A DNA stretch of 64,000 nucleotides from Selaginella moellendorffii (taxonomy: Eukaryota; Plantae; Lycopodiophyta): the NCBI RefSeq assembly GCF_000143415.4, contig NW_003314277.1, positions 1,000,224 through 1,064,223 of the forward strand, read 5' to 3'. Positions 37,610 through 52,694 of this stretch are shown piece by piece. The first letter of the stretch is position 1, and every line of letters starts with the position of its first letter. Below the pieces are notes generated by a model, which searched no databases, was not told the origin of the DNA, and was given only the letters and a program-made list of their open reading frames with translations. A program made the position numbers and the translations under genes.

Positions 37610-37736
37610 AGCTGCTGTACCCCCAAAGCCCTAATCCAAATGTACAAACCCTAATACTGGTGCCGGGAATATACTTCTCTCTCCTCGCTTGGGGCTTAGG
37701 GTTTATGGTCGTGAGGAGGAGCGATATTTTGCTAAG

Positions 37737-39194
37737 ATGATCGCCGACTCGGGAGGGGGATCGCGCAGTGCTGCCTCTCTCGCTGGTATCTCTCCTGGAT
37801 CGAGCGCCACATTCTCGGTTTCTATCTCGATCTCTCTGTTTGGCAGCTTGGAGGGAGTTTCTATGGGGAGGCCTGGCGTGCGGCTTCGGCGAGACGATCA
37901 TGCATCCCGTGGACACGATCAAGACGCGGCTCCAGAGCGGCTTCGGCCAGGTAGAGAGATTTCGCTCCCTTTTCTTGCGTCGGTCGATCGAGCAGAGCTT
38001 CGCTTTCGCAGAATGCGAATCTTGTCCAGGTTTCCAAGACCATCGGCGCTAGGGACGGCATCCGAGGTGCGATATTTCGATCGTTTCTTCTACCGGCATT
38101 GACGCGATTGACAGGATTCTATCGGGGAGTCTTTCCGGGTGTCACTGGATCGTTCGTAACGGGCGCCACATATTTCGGTTTCATCGAGACCACGAAGGAC
38201 TTGCTACAAGAGAAGAGGCCAAACTTACCAACACCATGGGCACTGTTCTTCGCTGGCGCAGCTGGTACTTTGGAGTTCCTTTTCTTTCTCTAAACGACGA
38301 ATTCTCGCTAATGGATCTCTGTTCTCTTTCGATTTGCTTCTTCCAGGAGATGCTCTTGGCGCGGTGGTCTACGTCCCGTGCGAAGTTATCAAGCAGCGAA
38401 TGCAGGTCCAAGGCTCTCGAAAGGCGTGGGAGACTGCGAAGCAGCAGCAGATAAAAGCTCCAGTCTTCCAGTACTACTCGGGGATGTTTCATGCGGCGAG
38501 AGCGATCCACGCGCAGGAAGGAACTCGCGGCCTTTACGCTGGGTGAGTTTCTCTGATCTGGAAGTGAGCTAACGAATGGTTTTCTTTTCTTCTTTGCAGC
38601 CTTCTCTCCACCATTGTGCGTGACATTCCTTTTGCAGGCTTGCAGGTAGTATACACTTTAACTTTGGTCGTCCGTTCTTTTGTTTTTTGTCCTGCTGACA
38701 CTTGTTTGGCGCATTTGCAGATCGTTCTCTATGAAGCATTCAGGAAGACAGCCTTGAAAGTTGCCAACGGTGATCTTTCGTGCTCGCAGGACTTTTTGCT
38801 CGGCGGAGCGGCCGGAGGTGAGAGCTCAGTGCAAATGCCCCGCTTTAACTCTTTGTTCTGCTAGGATTCAGTGCGTTCCTGACGACTCCTTTCGACGTTG
38901 TCAAGACTCGGATGCAAGTCCAAAGTACATCGGCAAGGTGTGTTACTAAAGTTTGCTTTGCCAGATCTTCGATTGCTTGCTTACTTGCGACTCATCGAAT
39001 CCAGGTACACTGGCTGGCTCGATGCGATCACCAAGATAAAGGAACAAGAAGGAATCAGGGGACTGTTCAAAGGAGCTGGGCCGAGAGTGATGTGGTGGTG
39101 TCCGGCCTCGGCACTGACGTTCATGGCCGTGGAGAAACTCCGGAGAGAGTTTAACGACCAAGGCGGGCTCCAGATCTTATCGCAGGCCGCGTAG
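37737..39194 (+). CDS. Mitochondrial substrate carrier family protein, multi-exon
   Basis: Three PxD/ExxKxRxQ motifs: HPVDTIKTRLQ, VPCEVIKQRMQ, TPFDVVKTRMQ. Confidence 0.93.
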
Positions 39195-39293
39195 GCGATT
39201 CTAGGATCAACGATTCGACCGAGAAAACGGTGAATTTTTTTTGGGCTCTCACCATCGACAATTGGATCGAGGCTCGATCGCAAACTCAGCTTT

Positions 39294-39813
39294 CTAGTTT
39301 GTTTTTCCAGCAGCTCGGATCTTGTTAGAAGAGACATTTGAATTGCGACGAAAGAGAAGCATCCAGATTATAGAACCACCTGGAAAGAAAGGAGTGAATT
39401 CAAGAAATCGAGCTAAGTGATGTTAGCAGTACCAGCGAAGATCGAGACTGTGGCGAGGTTTGAGAGAGCCATCGTCTTGTAGATCAAGAACTCGGTCACA
39501 AAGTGGCCAAGAGCGTAAACGAACGACGCGAATGTGACCCAGTAGAGCTCGCGATTCTCCAGATTAAACGCGCAAGCGAAGCAAAGCGTGCACGTTAGCA
39601 GCGTCCACACGCCAAACGTCCGCCCGTGGATTTCAGTCACTGCAAGCGAGAAAGAATGGATCGAATGGATCGAATCGGTCGCGAATCGATCATCTTACTT
39701 GAGGATTTCGAGAAGACTGCCTTGCGCAGGGCCCAAATGTCGAAGAATCCAAACCAGACTGCAGAGAGCCGCAAGATCCCAACAAGGATCAGCCATTGAC
39801 TTAGCGCTCGCAT
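39294..39813 (-). CDS. ERG28: Ergosterol biosynthesis protein 28 homolog, 3 exons
   Basis: WLILVGILRLSAVWFGFFDIWALRKAVF; HGRTFGVWTLLTCTLC...YALGHFVTEFLIYKTM. Confidence 0.92.
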
Positions 39814-40577
39814 CGCAAAGAATCTCAAGAACCCTAAATCTCTCACGAAGAGCCCTAAAAAATTAAAGCCATTTTGTTTATCTCGCCACCTTTTAGGTAT
39901 TTTTAAAGGATCACCCTGTCAAAGCTGGCGGAAGCTTCATAGCACATGTCTCGTGCACATGGCGCTTTGGAATTTTAATCAAATTCCTTCTTCTCATATC
40001 TATCATGCGCCTCTTTCATGTACCATATGGTCTTTCTCGCGTACAGTAAATGGACGACCAGATCTCGCGGCAACGTGGCAATCCAACGGCTAAAATACAG
40101 GAAGCCCTCCCGACCGTCGATGCCCAGATCGACGGCTCTGCCACAGCCTTGCGCATTCCTTGCTGGGAGACAGTTCATCGCTCCCCTGATCCGCAACACG
40201 GCGATTCTCGCGACGGCGCTGCGCTTCGTGGAGTCTTCGGCGCGGTTGGCGTTTGCGTAGCGGGATGGAAGGCGCTCCATCGGCCGCTCGCTTGCCGCTA
40301 GCTCTCTAGCTCCATTCTCAGTGATTCTTCTTTCTTCTCGGTGTTTCATCCGGTTTGTGCAGCGATATCGAGCATTGGTGCATGGCAGGCTCTCCGTGGC
40401 GGTGCTCCTGGTGGATTCGCCGCAGCACTTACCAGATTTCGAGCTCTCGCGGTCGATATTTCGAGAGCTAGGGTGTTCTTGCGTGGATCGAGCAAGGTTT
40501 TCGCGAAATATCGGGCATCGGCAGTCCAGGGAGGCCTGCATTGGCTCTAGCAGCAGAGATTTCGTCGTCGCGGCGCG

Positions 40578-41842
40578 ATGGCTCGATATTACGGCAAGAT
40601 GCGCTCCTCGTTCGACTCGGAAGGGACGAGCGCCGGGCTCTCTCCACCGCAGTCGCCGCCGCGCCATCCAGTCTACTTCGTCCAGAGCCCGTCCCGTGAC
40701 TCCCACGATGGCAACGAGAAGCCATCGTTCCACTCGACGCCCGTGATGAGCCCCATGGCGTCGCCTCTCCATCACCAGTCCTTCATCAAGCACTCGGGAA
40801 GCTTGCAGAGCGAGGCCAGCTCTGTGCCCCCTGCGCCCAAGCCAGGATCACGGAGAGTTCTTCCCCACGGCGGCTCGCTCCCTCCCCATCACAGGCCGCA
40901 CAAGAAGGGGTACAAGCAATGGATCCCGGGGACCATCATGGAGGAGGAGGAGCAGCAATCGCACGGAGAATCGGGCAAGAGGAAGCCCCTCTCGCGGTGC
41001 TGCCTGTTCTGGATCAGCGTTCTCTGCTGTGTTCTTCTCCTCAGCTTTGGAGCGCTCATCTTCTGGCTCGTCTGCCAGCCTCACTCGCCCAAGCTCGTCG
41101 TCAAGGTATGGTTTTTACTTTGCTTGCAACAAGGGAATTAATGCGCGGCTTTGTTTCTTTCCTGGCTCTAGAAAATCATCTTCCACGAGTTTACCGTCGT
41201 GGCCGGGACGGACTCGGGCGTCCCGACGCGAGTGCTTACGTCCAATTGCACGCTCATGGTGAATTTCCGCAACCCATCGCAGTACTTTGGCCTCCACGTC
41301 CACGCTGCCGACATCAATCTGGTTTTCAACGAGCTCACGATCGCTACAGGCCAGGTAAGTTTCTCTCGTTTCTCCCTCAAGTTTGCTCTAGAACGTCACC
41401 GAGTTTGATTGAGTTAGTAGAGACTTTGCTCTGGAACTTAGAACTGTAGAAGCTCTAGAACTTAAAAAGAGACTTTGCTCACTGTGAGGCTCTAGATGAG
41501 ACTTTGCTACTGTGAATTTCTAGTTTTCGCTTTGATCTTGATCTGGGCTTTGATGTGGACCAGATCCCAAAGTTCTACCAGCACAAGGACAGCATGAAAA
41601 CTTTCCCCGTGAATGTGGAGGCGATCAAGGTGCCGCTCTACGGCGCGGGGCCGGATCTAGAGGGCTACACGAGCGGCGGTGGCGACGTGCCGCTGGCGGT
41701 GACTGGAACAATCCAGTCGCGAGCCCACGTCTTCCCGCTGGTGCGCCCAAAGTACCGCACTTCCTTCTTCTGCCGCTTCAAGGTCCATACCAGCCAAGTC
41801 AAGTTCCTCCGAGTTCTCGCAAACTCCTGCGCCTACGCGTGA
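40578..41842 (+). CDS. Companion of cellulose synthase (CC1/CC2)-like LEA_2 membrane protein, 3 exons
   Basis: VYFVQSPSRDSHDG..SFHSTPVMSPMASP N-terminus, one TM segment, RNPSQYFGLHV and KVPLYGAG. Confidence 0.88.
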
Positions 41843-42060
41843 GAGCCCCCACGCAATAAAGTCGGGTTTGTTTTGTTTGGTGGGATATTCGATTTGGCCT
41901 CTTTAATTATTCTTTTAGGTCATCCAAGTTGGTTTCTACTTGACGGCGGCGGAATATCTGTAGGGATGTTTGACGGCGACGGAATATCTTCCGCATAGTT
42001 TGTTTAGTGCCTTATTTTAGGGTTTATGTTCTTCTGCTCGAGCTAACGCGCTTTGTCGGC

Positions 42061-43315
42061 ATGGATTTCCTCGGGAGAGGGTTCAAGGCGGCGAAGTGGT
42101 GAGTGGATCGTCGTCGCAGCGCCCGGCCTGGATCGGATCTGTGATTTGATGCCTGTCGTTTGATTGGAATGGATGCAGCAAGACGCTTCTCCGGCTGGCG
42201 ATGTCCCGGATCAAGCTGCTGCGCAACAGGAGGGAGCTCCAGGTGAGGGGCATGCGCAGGGAGATTGCGAATTTGCTGCAAACTGGACAGGAGCCGAGCG
42301 CCCGGATTCGGGTATGCTTGTAAAATGGAACTCAAAAGTATCCTCTCGTTTTGTTGTTCTTCATCAAATAGGTTGAGCACATTTTCAGGGAGCAAAACAT
42401 CATGGCTGCGTACGAGATTGTGGAATTGTTTTGCGAGCTCGTTGTTGTGAGGCTGCCGATCATCGAGTCCCAAAAGTAAGTCTCTCTCCGTTTTTTTTTT
42501 TTTTGTGTTTTTCTTTTCTTACCGAGCAAACTAATGCCAACCTGTTTTATATTTTCTTGCAGACAGTGTCCTCTCGATCTTAAAGAGGCAATTGCTAGCT
42601 TGATTTTTGCTGCTCCAAGGTGTTCCGATTTGCCGGAATTGCTCGAAGTACGTGGGCTCTTTGCGGTTAAGTACGGCAAGGAATTTGTGGCATCCGCTGG
42701 AGAGCTTAGGCCCGACTGTGGCGTGAATAGAAGGGTACCCTTTCCTTTTCATTGATTGGATGTACTAGACGGTTTTTTGATGGAAGCTGTGTTGTCTTTG
42801 CAGATCATAGAAAAGCTTTCGGTCCGTGCACCATCTGGAGAAGTTAAATTGAAGCTCTTGAAGGAGATTGCTGCCGAGCACAATATAGAGTGGAATGCAA
42901 GTGAAACAGAAGCTGAGCTCACGAAGCAACATGAAGACCTTCTCGTAGGTTCCTTTCGATCTTTCTTCTTTTCTCATGTTAAAGAAGTTCTTTTCAGGAT
43001 GGACCAAGTCAGTTCATATCGTCTAGCCAGAGACCACTCGCAGCGTCGTCTCGAGTTTCTAGCCAACACGCTTCTGACAACGATATGCCTTCTGTCCCGT
43101 CCCAGAGCATGCGATCGCAATTCGAATCTCGGCCTGGAAACGTTCTCCAGATGCAGGATCTAGAACCGGAAGAGATTAAGTCAAGTAAGTACGAAGAACG
43201 GCAGCCAAGTATCCGTCCGGTGTCTCCGCCACCAGAACCAGCAGCACCTCAACGAGACAACGAAAGGCAATTCGTCCCGTTTATTTCTCCCCCGCCAGTC
43301 CACAACTTTGAAACG

Positions 43316-43346
<31 letters not shown>

Positions 43347-44251
43347 CGCAGTCTGTTCCTTCATTCCACGAGGAGAAAGAACCACCGATGGAGTACAAAG
43401 ACGTCGTTGCTGCTGCTCAAGCCGCTGCGGATTCCGCCGAGCGTGCTGCCACTGCCGCCCGAGCTGCCGCGAACCTGGCCAAGGGAACGTCGTTCTCTCG
43501 AGCTAGGCCATCTCAGGAGGTTGATGCCGACGGCAGCGATGTTGAGATGCCCGCTCCGCCGGCCAGTTTCGCAAACAGATGGGACAGGACTAAACAGGAC
43601 GAAGACGAGGACGAGAGCTCCGACAGCGACGACAACCATGCAACGTCCAAGTTCACTCCGAAGAAGCCATTCTTCGACAGTGACGACGAGAGAGACGAAG
43701 ACGGGAGGAGGATGGACAGGAGAACGAGCGTGTCGCCCCCAAGAGCAGCGCAGCAGCCAGCAAAGTATGACCTCTTCGATCTCGGTGCTGAGGAGCGGAG
43801 AAACTCGGGTGGCTTCTCATCGTCGGCTCCTTACAAGCAGCAAAACAACATCCACGGCAACTTGTTTAGCGACGAAGGCCAGACGTTCTTCACCGGCATT
43901 GACGACGGCGCTCCTCCGCCCTCCTCGTCCTTCCACCGGCGAAGAGACAATCCCCCGCCACCTTCGTTCGACTTCTCGCCGACGCCTTCCATGCCTCAGT
44001 TCGACGAGCCCGAGTTTAATGGCGATGGAGACGATGGAGCATCCATTCCTCTCTCGAAAACGAGCAGCGGCAGTGGTGATCTCAAGTGGCAGAAGAGCAT
44101 CCCACCGCAGCGAGCTCCACCCGAGCTTCCAAAGCCGCCGGCGTCGCGTACGGACTCGGGCGGCTCGTCCGGCGGCCACTCCGTACACCCCAAGCTCCCG
44201 GACTACGATGATCTCACGGCTCGCTTCCAAGCGCTCAAGACGAGGAGGTGA
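42061..44251 (+). CDS. IST1-like regulator of Vps4 activity, multi-exon
   Basis: RIKLLRNRRE, ARIRVEH, LKEAIASLIFAAPRCSDLPEL, and C-terminal HPKLPDYDDLTARFQALK. Confidence 0.93.
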
Positions 44252-44409
44252 GCGAAGGTTAAAAAGAATTCATGTTGATTATAGCCGAATTTACACAAGG
44301 GCGATAGATACGATACTAGCATAGTACATAACTAGCTATGCTGCTCTCTCAAATAATCATTGATCATAAATATAGTGGCGACGTTATTTGTAAACTCCGC
44401 GATCTCTTA

Positions 44410-47181
44410 CTAGTCTCCATTGCTGTCGGTCTGATCCAAAGTCACAGTGATAAATGGAAGAAAAAAACCTCTCTTTCATACCTTTCGACGCTTGGCTTCG
44501 CTCTCTTCTTGCGGCCCCTGGCACCAAACAAAGGAAACAATGAAACACAAAGGTGGAGCGCGAATAGAGAAATGGGATTCGTAGTACCTCGGACTCTGGG
44601 GTCGTAGACATGCAACTCTCAGCGGCGCCGCCACCCTCGGCTCCTCCGGCTCGTTTGCGTGACGCTGTTCTCTCTCCCTCTGCGCCCTCCGAGGCCTGCG
44701 GCTTCACGGTGGTGCTCGCTTCCATTTGGTTTCCCTGGGATCCCTCATGGGCCTACGAACTTGTAACACCAAACTAGGATAAAAACTTCAAACACAGGAC
44801 AAACCTCGTCTTGGCGGCCTTGTTCTGCGGCGGGGAGATCCATAGGCGTTGCGCTTGCGTTTACAGCGAAGTCCATCCCGGTATCTGGAAGAGCAGAGAT
44901 TAAAACCACCAGAAAAATAGTTCTTTTACCTGCAGAGCCGTTTTGCGCATTCCCTCGAGAGCTCGTCACGTCAACTGGGATCGTCACTGCGATACCAACT
45001 GGCCGCTGTCCTTCCGACGCCTGCAGCACTGCTTGCGTCCATGGATGAGCATGAACTTGTGCCCGGATGCCAAGCACCGGGACAGTAACAGCTTCTGACG
45101 ACGACCGCAGGCCCCGGAACAAGGATGACGAGTGAAGATTGACGCTAGTGGCCGTTCGCGTCCTCATTGGTACCAGCCTCACGGAGCCGTTGTCTTGGAC
45201 TAGCAGTGCTACGCTCTGATCGGGATTCTCCAGATCACTGGGAGAGCGAGCGGGATCTGGTGACTGCCTGGCTTCGGAGCCTTCGCCCGTTTGGCCGCCG
45301 TTCTCGTCCACCGCACTAGGCTCCAAGGCGGATGCCAGTAAGTCGGATGCAGTATGCTGGAGATGACGTAGGGAGCCGCCAAATAAAGGAATGTGTGTGA
45401 AGGGTCGACGAGTAGAATCACCCGCGTTTAGGTTCATGCCGACGGTCCTGGCACTTCCAGCTTCGGCCGCTGTTCCCAACGGAAATGCTCCCAAAGGCAA
45501 GCCTGTTTGGAACGGAAGAGGCTGGAAAGGAGTATCAATCAAGTTAAGCTTAAAAAATGTAAAAAAAAGAGAATCCTTACTTGCACCATCATTGGATTTG
45601 GACCAGACGGTGAAACGAACACTGCTGGACCAGAGTTTACAACAGCTTGAGCCTGTTTACGAGACATCAGACAAGGAAGATAAGCACGAAAGACTTACTG
45701 GAGATGGCCCAAGCTGCAACAATAAAGTTGTCCGACCAAGTTCCATTAGTAGCGCACCGAGTTGTTGCATTATGTTTCCACTCCAAACAGCAGTGGATTG
45801 CAGATCTACACGAGCCGCTGTATCGGATAGTGTCGCCTCCGTTTCTAGTTGGGAAGCAAGATGCTGAATTTTGAGAATGTTAGAAAAGCATCATCAGAGA
45901 TTGATCGATTTTTACCGCAAGAGCTGAGCTGGCTTGACCATGCAAAAGTTCCTGAGCACGAGAAATAGTAGCACCCAGGGATGCTGGAGTTGGAAGGGGT
46001 CGAGAAGGTAAACCGGTCGCTGCAGACGAACTAGCGCTATTATACCTAGGCCTGGAGCTCGAGGACAAAAGGGGGTTATCTAAAGCGTCGTAGCCTGCAT
46101 ATACAAACGATGACATTCAAGCACCTGATCTGAAAGAGATATAGCATACCATATTCAGCAAAAGCTTGTTCCATTCTCGTCAAGTATTGCGATATGGTTG
46201 TTAGCGCATCTGGAACAACCTGTAAACTCGAGAGTTAATTCAAACATACACCACCAACCAAGTTACCTCTATGTTCCTAAAATGAATATTTTCGGCCGAT
46301 GCTTGCGCTGTGGAGCGTCTGCCTTCGGTGGAAGGACCAGTAGCAGCAGCAGGGGTGGAGGTAGCGGTGGCAGGAGCATTTGAGGTGGAAAGACCTGATG
46401 AAGCCACTTGCATCTATGAATCGCATGTATAAGTAAGAAAAGAGAAGAAACACAGAAAGATTCCAGCTTACCACGGCAACACCTCGTCGATTGTCCAATG
46501 CTGTAGCGCCGGAACCGACAGAATTAAGAACAGCCGAGAGAATCTGTAAAAAACAAGGTAAGTCCAAGGACAACAAGAGATCAAGGATTCGCACCCTGCT
46601 TAAGTCGGGTATGCCTCCTTCCGGTACCTCTGGAATGTTGATGGTCCCGAGTAGCAAGCTATGAGTAACATGAGAGGGGCGATGGCGAGATGTCGAGTCT
46701 GATGGCGCTTGTGTCGCAGTAGCTTCTGGAAATTCAGTCCCAAAGTACCACCAGCAATCAGTACTAGAGTACCACCAGCAAGGACGCTTACCTTCAGTGA
46801 CCGCTGGAGGTCTCGCAACCAGGTGTAAAGTGTGTCCATCTTCAACATCTGCAACACAGAAGATAAGGAAGAGAGAAAAAAATCAGATAAAAGAGCATAC
46901 TGTATGAGGAGAGAAGCTGATCGTCCTTGAGGACTCTTCCTCGGCATATCAATCTCTGGTTTTGCGAAGGAACACCCACAACAGGAGCTAGACGATCTTT
47001 CAAGGCGGGGACGGGCATCTGAAAACCCAAGAAAACGAGTTTTTTTTCCCAAATGCATCCAATTAAAGCTTACGTCTTTGTCGACCCGGACAGTGTAATT
47101 GGAGGAATCGAGAGTCCTGATTCTAATCTCCACTGTAGTCACCGACGCTTGCTCGGAGCTCGCTGGAATACTGCCCTCCAT
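44410..47181 (-). CDS. Ubiquitin-like domain protein (BAG6/CIP73-like), multi-exon
   Basis: N-terminal UBL: VEIRIRTLDS...VGVPSQNQRLICRGRVLKDDQLLSSY/NVEDGHTLHLVAR. 3' exon structure inferred. Confidence 0.85.
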
Positions 47182-47533
47182 CGGCGCTAGAGCAGACGCT
47201 ATCCAATCAATGTCAGCTGTAATCCTTCGATTGCCGCCGCGAGAAACCCTACCTCTCGCCCCAAATCTGCCCAGCGCCCCTCGATTCCACCCCCGCAATC
47301 GCTGCCCCCTGCCCTGCTCGAGATGGATCGATCGATCCGAGCGCGCAATGCTACGCTCTCCCTCTCTTTGCTCTGCCCTAGTAATATTGACAGAGGTTAT
47401 TACAAAGATCGACGGCCGGGATTGGCGAATCTGCGCCGTTGGATCCTCGAACCAAATGAATCCGACGTGTCCAATGCATTTTCAAATCTTACCTTTATTT
47501 TCTTCTCTCTCCTTTGGTTCTTCCATTAGAGCT

Positions 47534-48880
47534 ATGGACGCTCTCCAAAACCTGTATAGCCAAGCGCGAGGAGCGTCCCAATTTCGAGGAGGATCGCCAT
47601 ACAACCAGCAAGAACAATGGTTCAATCCGCCAAGATCGAGCACTCCACCACCAGGTTTCGCGCAGCAAAGACCGATGCCTCCTCCTCCAGCAGAGTTTTA
47701 CCAGCCGCAACGATCGATGCCTCCTCCTCCGCCAGAGTTTCTCCAGCAGCAAAGATCGATGACTCCACCGGAGTTCCTCCAGCGCCAGAGATCGATGGGC
47801 TTCGGCCAGCCGAGATCACTGACTCCACCACCGAGCTTCCAGCAGCAATCCTACGATTATAGCAGCTTCCACCAGCAGCCGCGATCACAGACTCCACCAC
47901 CGGGCTTCCTCCAGCAGCAAAGACCAATAACTCCTCCCCGCCACATCAATCAGCAACAGTTCTTCCAGCAGCAATTCCTCCAGCAGCAAGCTCCATATCC
48001 ACAGCAGCAGTACCAATTCTCCTACGAGCAACAATCCGGCCAGCAGCAAGCTTCTCCCTACGAGCAACAATCCGGCCAGCAAAGAGCGCCATCTCCTCCT
48101 CCTCGTCCCCAGCTCCAGCTCGGTGGAGGAGCTTCTTCCAGGCCTTCTCCAGCAACGAGAGTCTCCCAGGCCGTGGTTCCCGAGCCTTCCGCCATAGCTT
48201 CCACCTCGTCCACCCGACAGCAGGTCCACAGCACGCTCACGGAGCCCGTGTCGGTGACGCTCGCCCGCGACGCGAGAAGGGTCGCGAACAATCTCCAGCA
48301 GATCGTCGTCTTCAACTCCAACCGGAACGATCCGGCTAGAACTCTGCGCGACTGGGATCTCTGGGGACCCTTCTTCTTCATCATCGCTCTCTCTTGCATC
48401 CTCTCCTCCACCGCCAGCACCAACAAAGTAAGAACTCGTCGATCACTCAAAGCTTTGATCCACTGATTCGTGCTGTGCTTGATCGATAGTCCACAGTGTT
48501 TGCAGTGGTTTTCGCAGTGCTATCCGCTGGAGCAGTGTCTCTCACCATGAACGTAGTTCTTCTGGTAAAGCCATGCTCGAAGCTCCAAAACTTTGACAAG
48601 ACCTTCGATCGCTATGCAGGGTGGCAAGCTCAATTTCCTCCAGAGCTTGAGCGTCCTGGGCTACTGCTTGTTTCCTCTCGACATTGGAGCGATCCTCTGC
48701 GCGGCTTACAGCGGCAAGCTGTATAGAAGCGCCATGATCTTCGCGACTTTGCTATGGAGTTCCTGGTCGGTCTATCCTTTCGTCTCCACTGCCGTGAGGC
48801 CGAGTAGAAAGGCCCTGGCGGTGTACCCAGTCTTTCTAATGTACATCTCAATGGGTTTGCTCGTCCTCGCGAATGACTAG
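47534..48880 (+). CDS. YIP1-domain protein (YIP4/YIPF6-like) with long Q/P-rich N-terminus
   Basis: STLTEPV...LRDWDLWGPFFF, FLQSLSVLGYCLFPLDIG, RKALAVYPVFLMY. Confidence 0.92.
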
Positions 48881-49124
48881 AGCTAGAACTCGAGAAGATT
48901 TAAGTGAAATCTATATCAAAATGAAAAGCTTACATGGTCGTCTTCGACAGTGATCTAGTTCCTGTATGATCTATAGAGTGAATCCACCAGTGGCCATCGC
49001 CGTGACGAGCTTTCGATCTGGAGCTACCGTTCCAAAGCCACAGTCCTGGATGAACTGGCTCGACGAGGCGTGGAAGCCATGGAGCGAGCAAAGCTTCCTC
49101 TATCTTCGCCACCATGGCTGAGCT

Positions 49125-50376
49125 TCACGACGCCAAGAGAGCCTCCACTCTAGCGACGCTGGCTTCTTCCCTCTGTGCCGCTGGGCTGTGGTTCCGCTGG
49201 TCGAAGAGGTCGTGTTTCCATTCGCTAGCAGCAGCGCCCCTGGGATTCGCCACCACAGGCCCGCGAAACCTGTTGCTGTTGTTGTTCCTGGCTATGGCGT
49301 TCCTTCCTCCGGCTTCTTCCTCCCCCCATCGCCCTCGTTCCATCTGAGTTGCCACAACGTTGCCTCTGCCATTCACTCGCGGGAATCCACCTCTTCTGCC
49401 TGCCATCCTGTCACCGTCTCTGAACCTCGGGGGAGGGCCGTTTAGTCTGCCACCTTTCTTGTTTTCGAGCTCCAAGAACCGATCGTGGTGCCACCGATCT
49501 GCCTGGTTTCTTCTGCCTGGAGCTTCGGGGTTTCCTCCTTCCCAGCGCTCCTCAGGAGGCTTCCGAACTGGCCCTCGATCCTCCGGCCGACTTCCTTCGC
49601 CTGGAAAACCTGAGCACTAGCGTAAGAACAAAGAAAACTTCCAGCAGAGAAAATAGAGAACTTACAGCTCCGTGGTTTCGCAGTACCGTAGACACATGTA
49701 GAGGCAATTTAGAAACCATCTAAGACAACAAATGTGACAAGACGATACCGAATGGCCTGCGCCTGGGAGTTGTCCGTGAGCGCCAGTTGCTATTCCGATC
49801 ATCGTGCTGCAAAAGCACAAGTATGGAGTACGTCTTTCAAGTCAGCTTTAAGACTCTACCGCCACTCTACCTCGAAGAAAGCTCCCGCACGAGGGACGAA
49901 CTCGGGATTCTCTCCATTTTGAGTCTCAAATCTCCCTCTTTTCGGTCGCCTTCCACCCTCCTCGGCATTGTTGGCGTCTTCGAGAGCAACAGGGTCTTGC
50001 AAGCGGCGTCGACCCCTCCCCTCTTCTTCCACAGGAAGCTCATGCCTCTCAGTCGCCCACTTGTCCTTCCTTCTGCCCCTCACAGAAAATGTTAGAACAA
50101 AGAAATCCTGGAGCCAAGATCTCAAGCACAAGGACAAGGCAACAAGAAATCCTGGGAAACAATCGGAAAGCCAAGATCTCAAGCACAAGGACAAGGAAAA
50201 GAATGAACTCTATCAATCCAAGACCCACATTTCTCACAGGAAAGAAATTCCCTAAGTTCCGGGCCACGATCAAGACGCTTGACAAAGACATACCTGTGAT
50301 TCGCACCATCCGCCGAGGAAATGACCTTGGATTGCAGGCGCTTGGCACCACCTCCTCCTCCTCCTCGTCCTTCCAT
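49125..50376 (-). CDS. Barentsz/CASC3 (Btz)-like motif protein, multi-exon
   Basis: NPEFVPRAGAFFE/HDDR motif, WHHDRF and WKHDLF motifs, RGG-rich. Confidence 0.7.
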
Positions 50377-50546
50377 GGCACTAAGAACCCTAACCCTAAA
50401 GTGCGATGGAAAGCAACACTATCTCCATGATTTCATCCGCTCATCTGCACGGCGGCATTTGTGCCACGTCATTACAATGATGTGTTGCTAGCCAAGTCAG
50501 CTATTCTACCTCTTTTTCTTGTGTTTTCCGCGACGGGAATAAAGAA

Positions 50547-52266
<1,720 letters not shown>

Positions 52267-52694
52267 CGTCGACCTTAAATATCGCGGAACGATTCGGGGC
52301 ATATTCCACTACCTGTTTTCCCTCGCCAAGAAAGAAGCAAAGAAATTAAGCGCGTTAGGTGTCGAGTCTCTACCAAATTCTCTCTTTCCTTCTCTACCAA
52401 TAGGCTGGGAGGCGTTTTGATATTTTAGGGTTCTTGGGCATTGCGCGGCCGCCATTATCGATCGGCTTCTTGGGCGCGCAGTGGAATTTTGAATGGAATC
52501 GAGGAGGCCAGGGCGCTGCGCGTCGCCGACGAGCGATCAGCTCGTGTTCTTGCATGTGGATTGCGATTGCGAGCGCCAGGTTTTCTTGTTTCCTGCCCCG
52601 ATTGATCGATTGATTGGGAAATTGCGGTCGTTTCTTGGTATTTCAGGGCGAGGGGAATTGTTCTGCGATTCTGGCCGGGAGCTGACGGCGAGCG

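Noticed and set aside
39975-40793. 272-aa minus-strand ORF
   Set aside because: Antisense to the CC1-like exon and its leader; no recognisable domain.
43308-44324. 338-aa Arg/Ser-rich alternative-frame ORF
   Set aside because: Alternate frame of the IST1-like last exon; expected from GC-rich codon usage.
50097-50196. Small internal duplication in a Btz-gene intron (similar small repeats at 41420-41510 and 41940-41990)
   Set aside because: Ordinary short local duplications with no sign of function.
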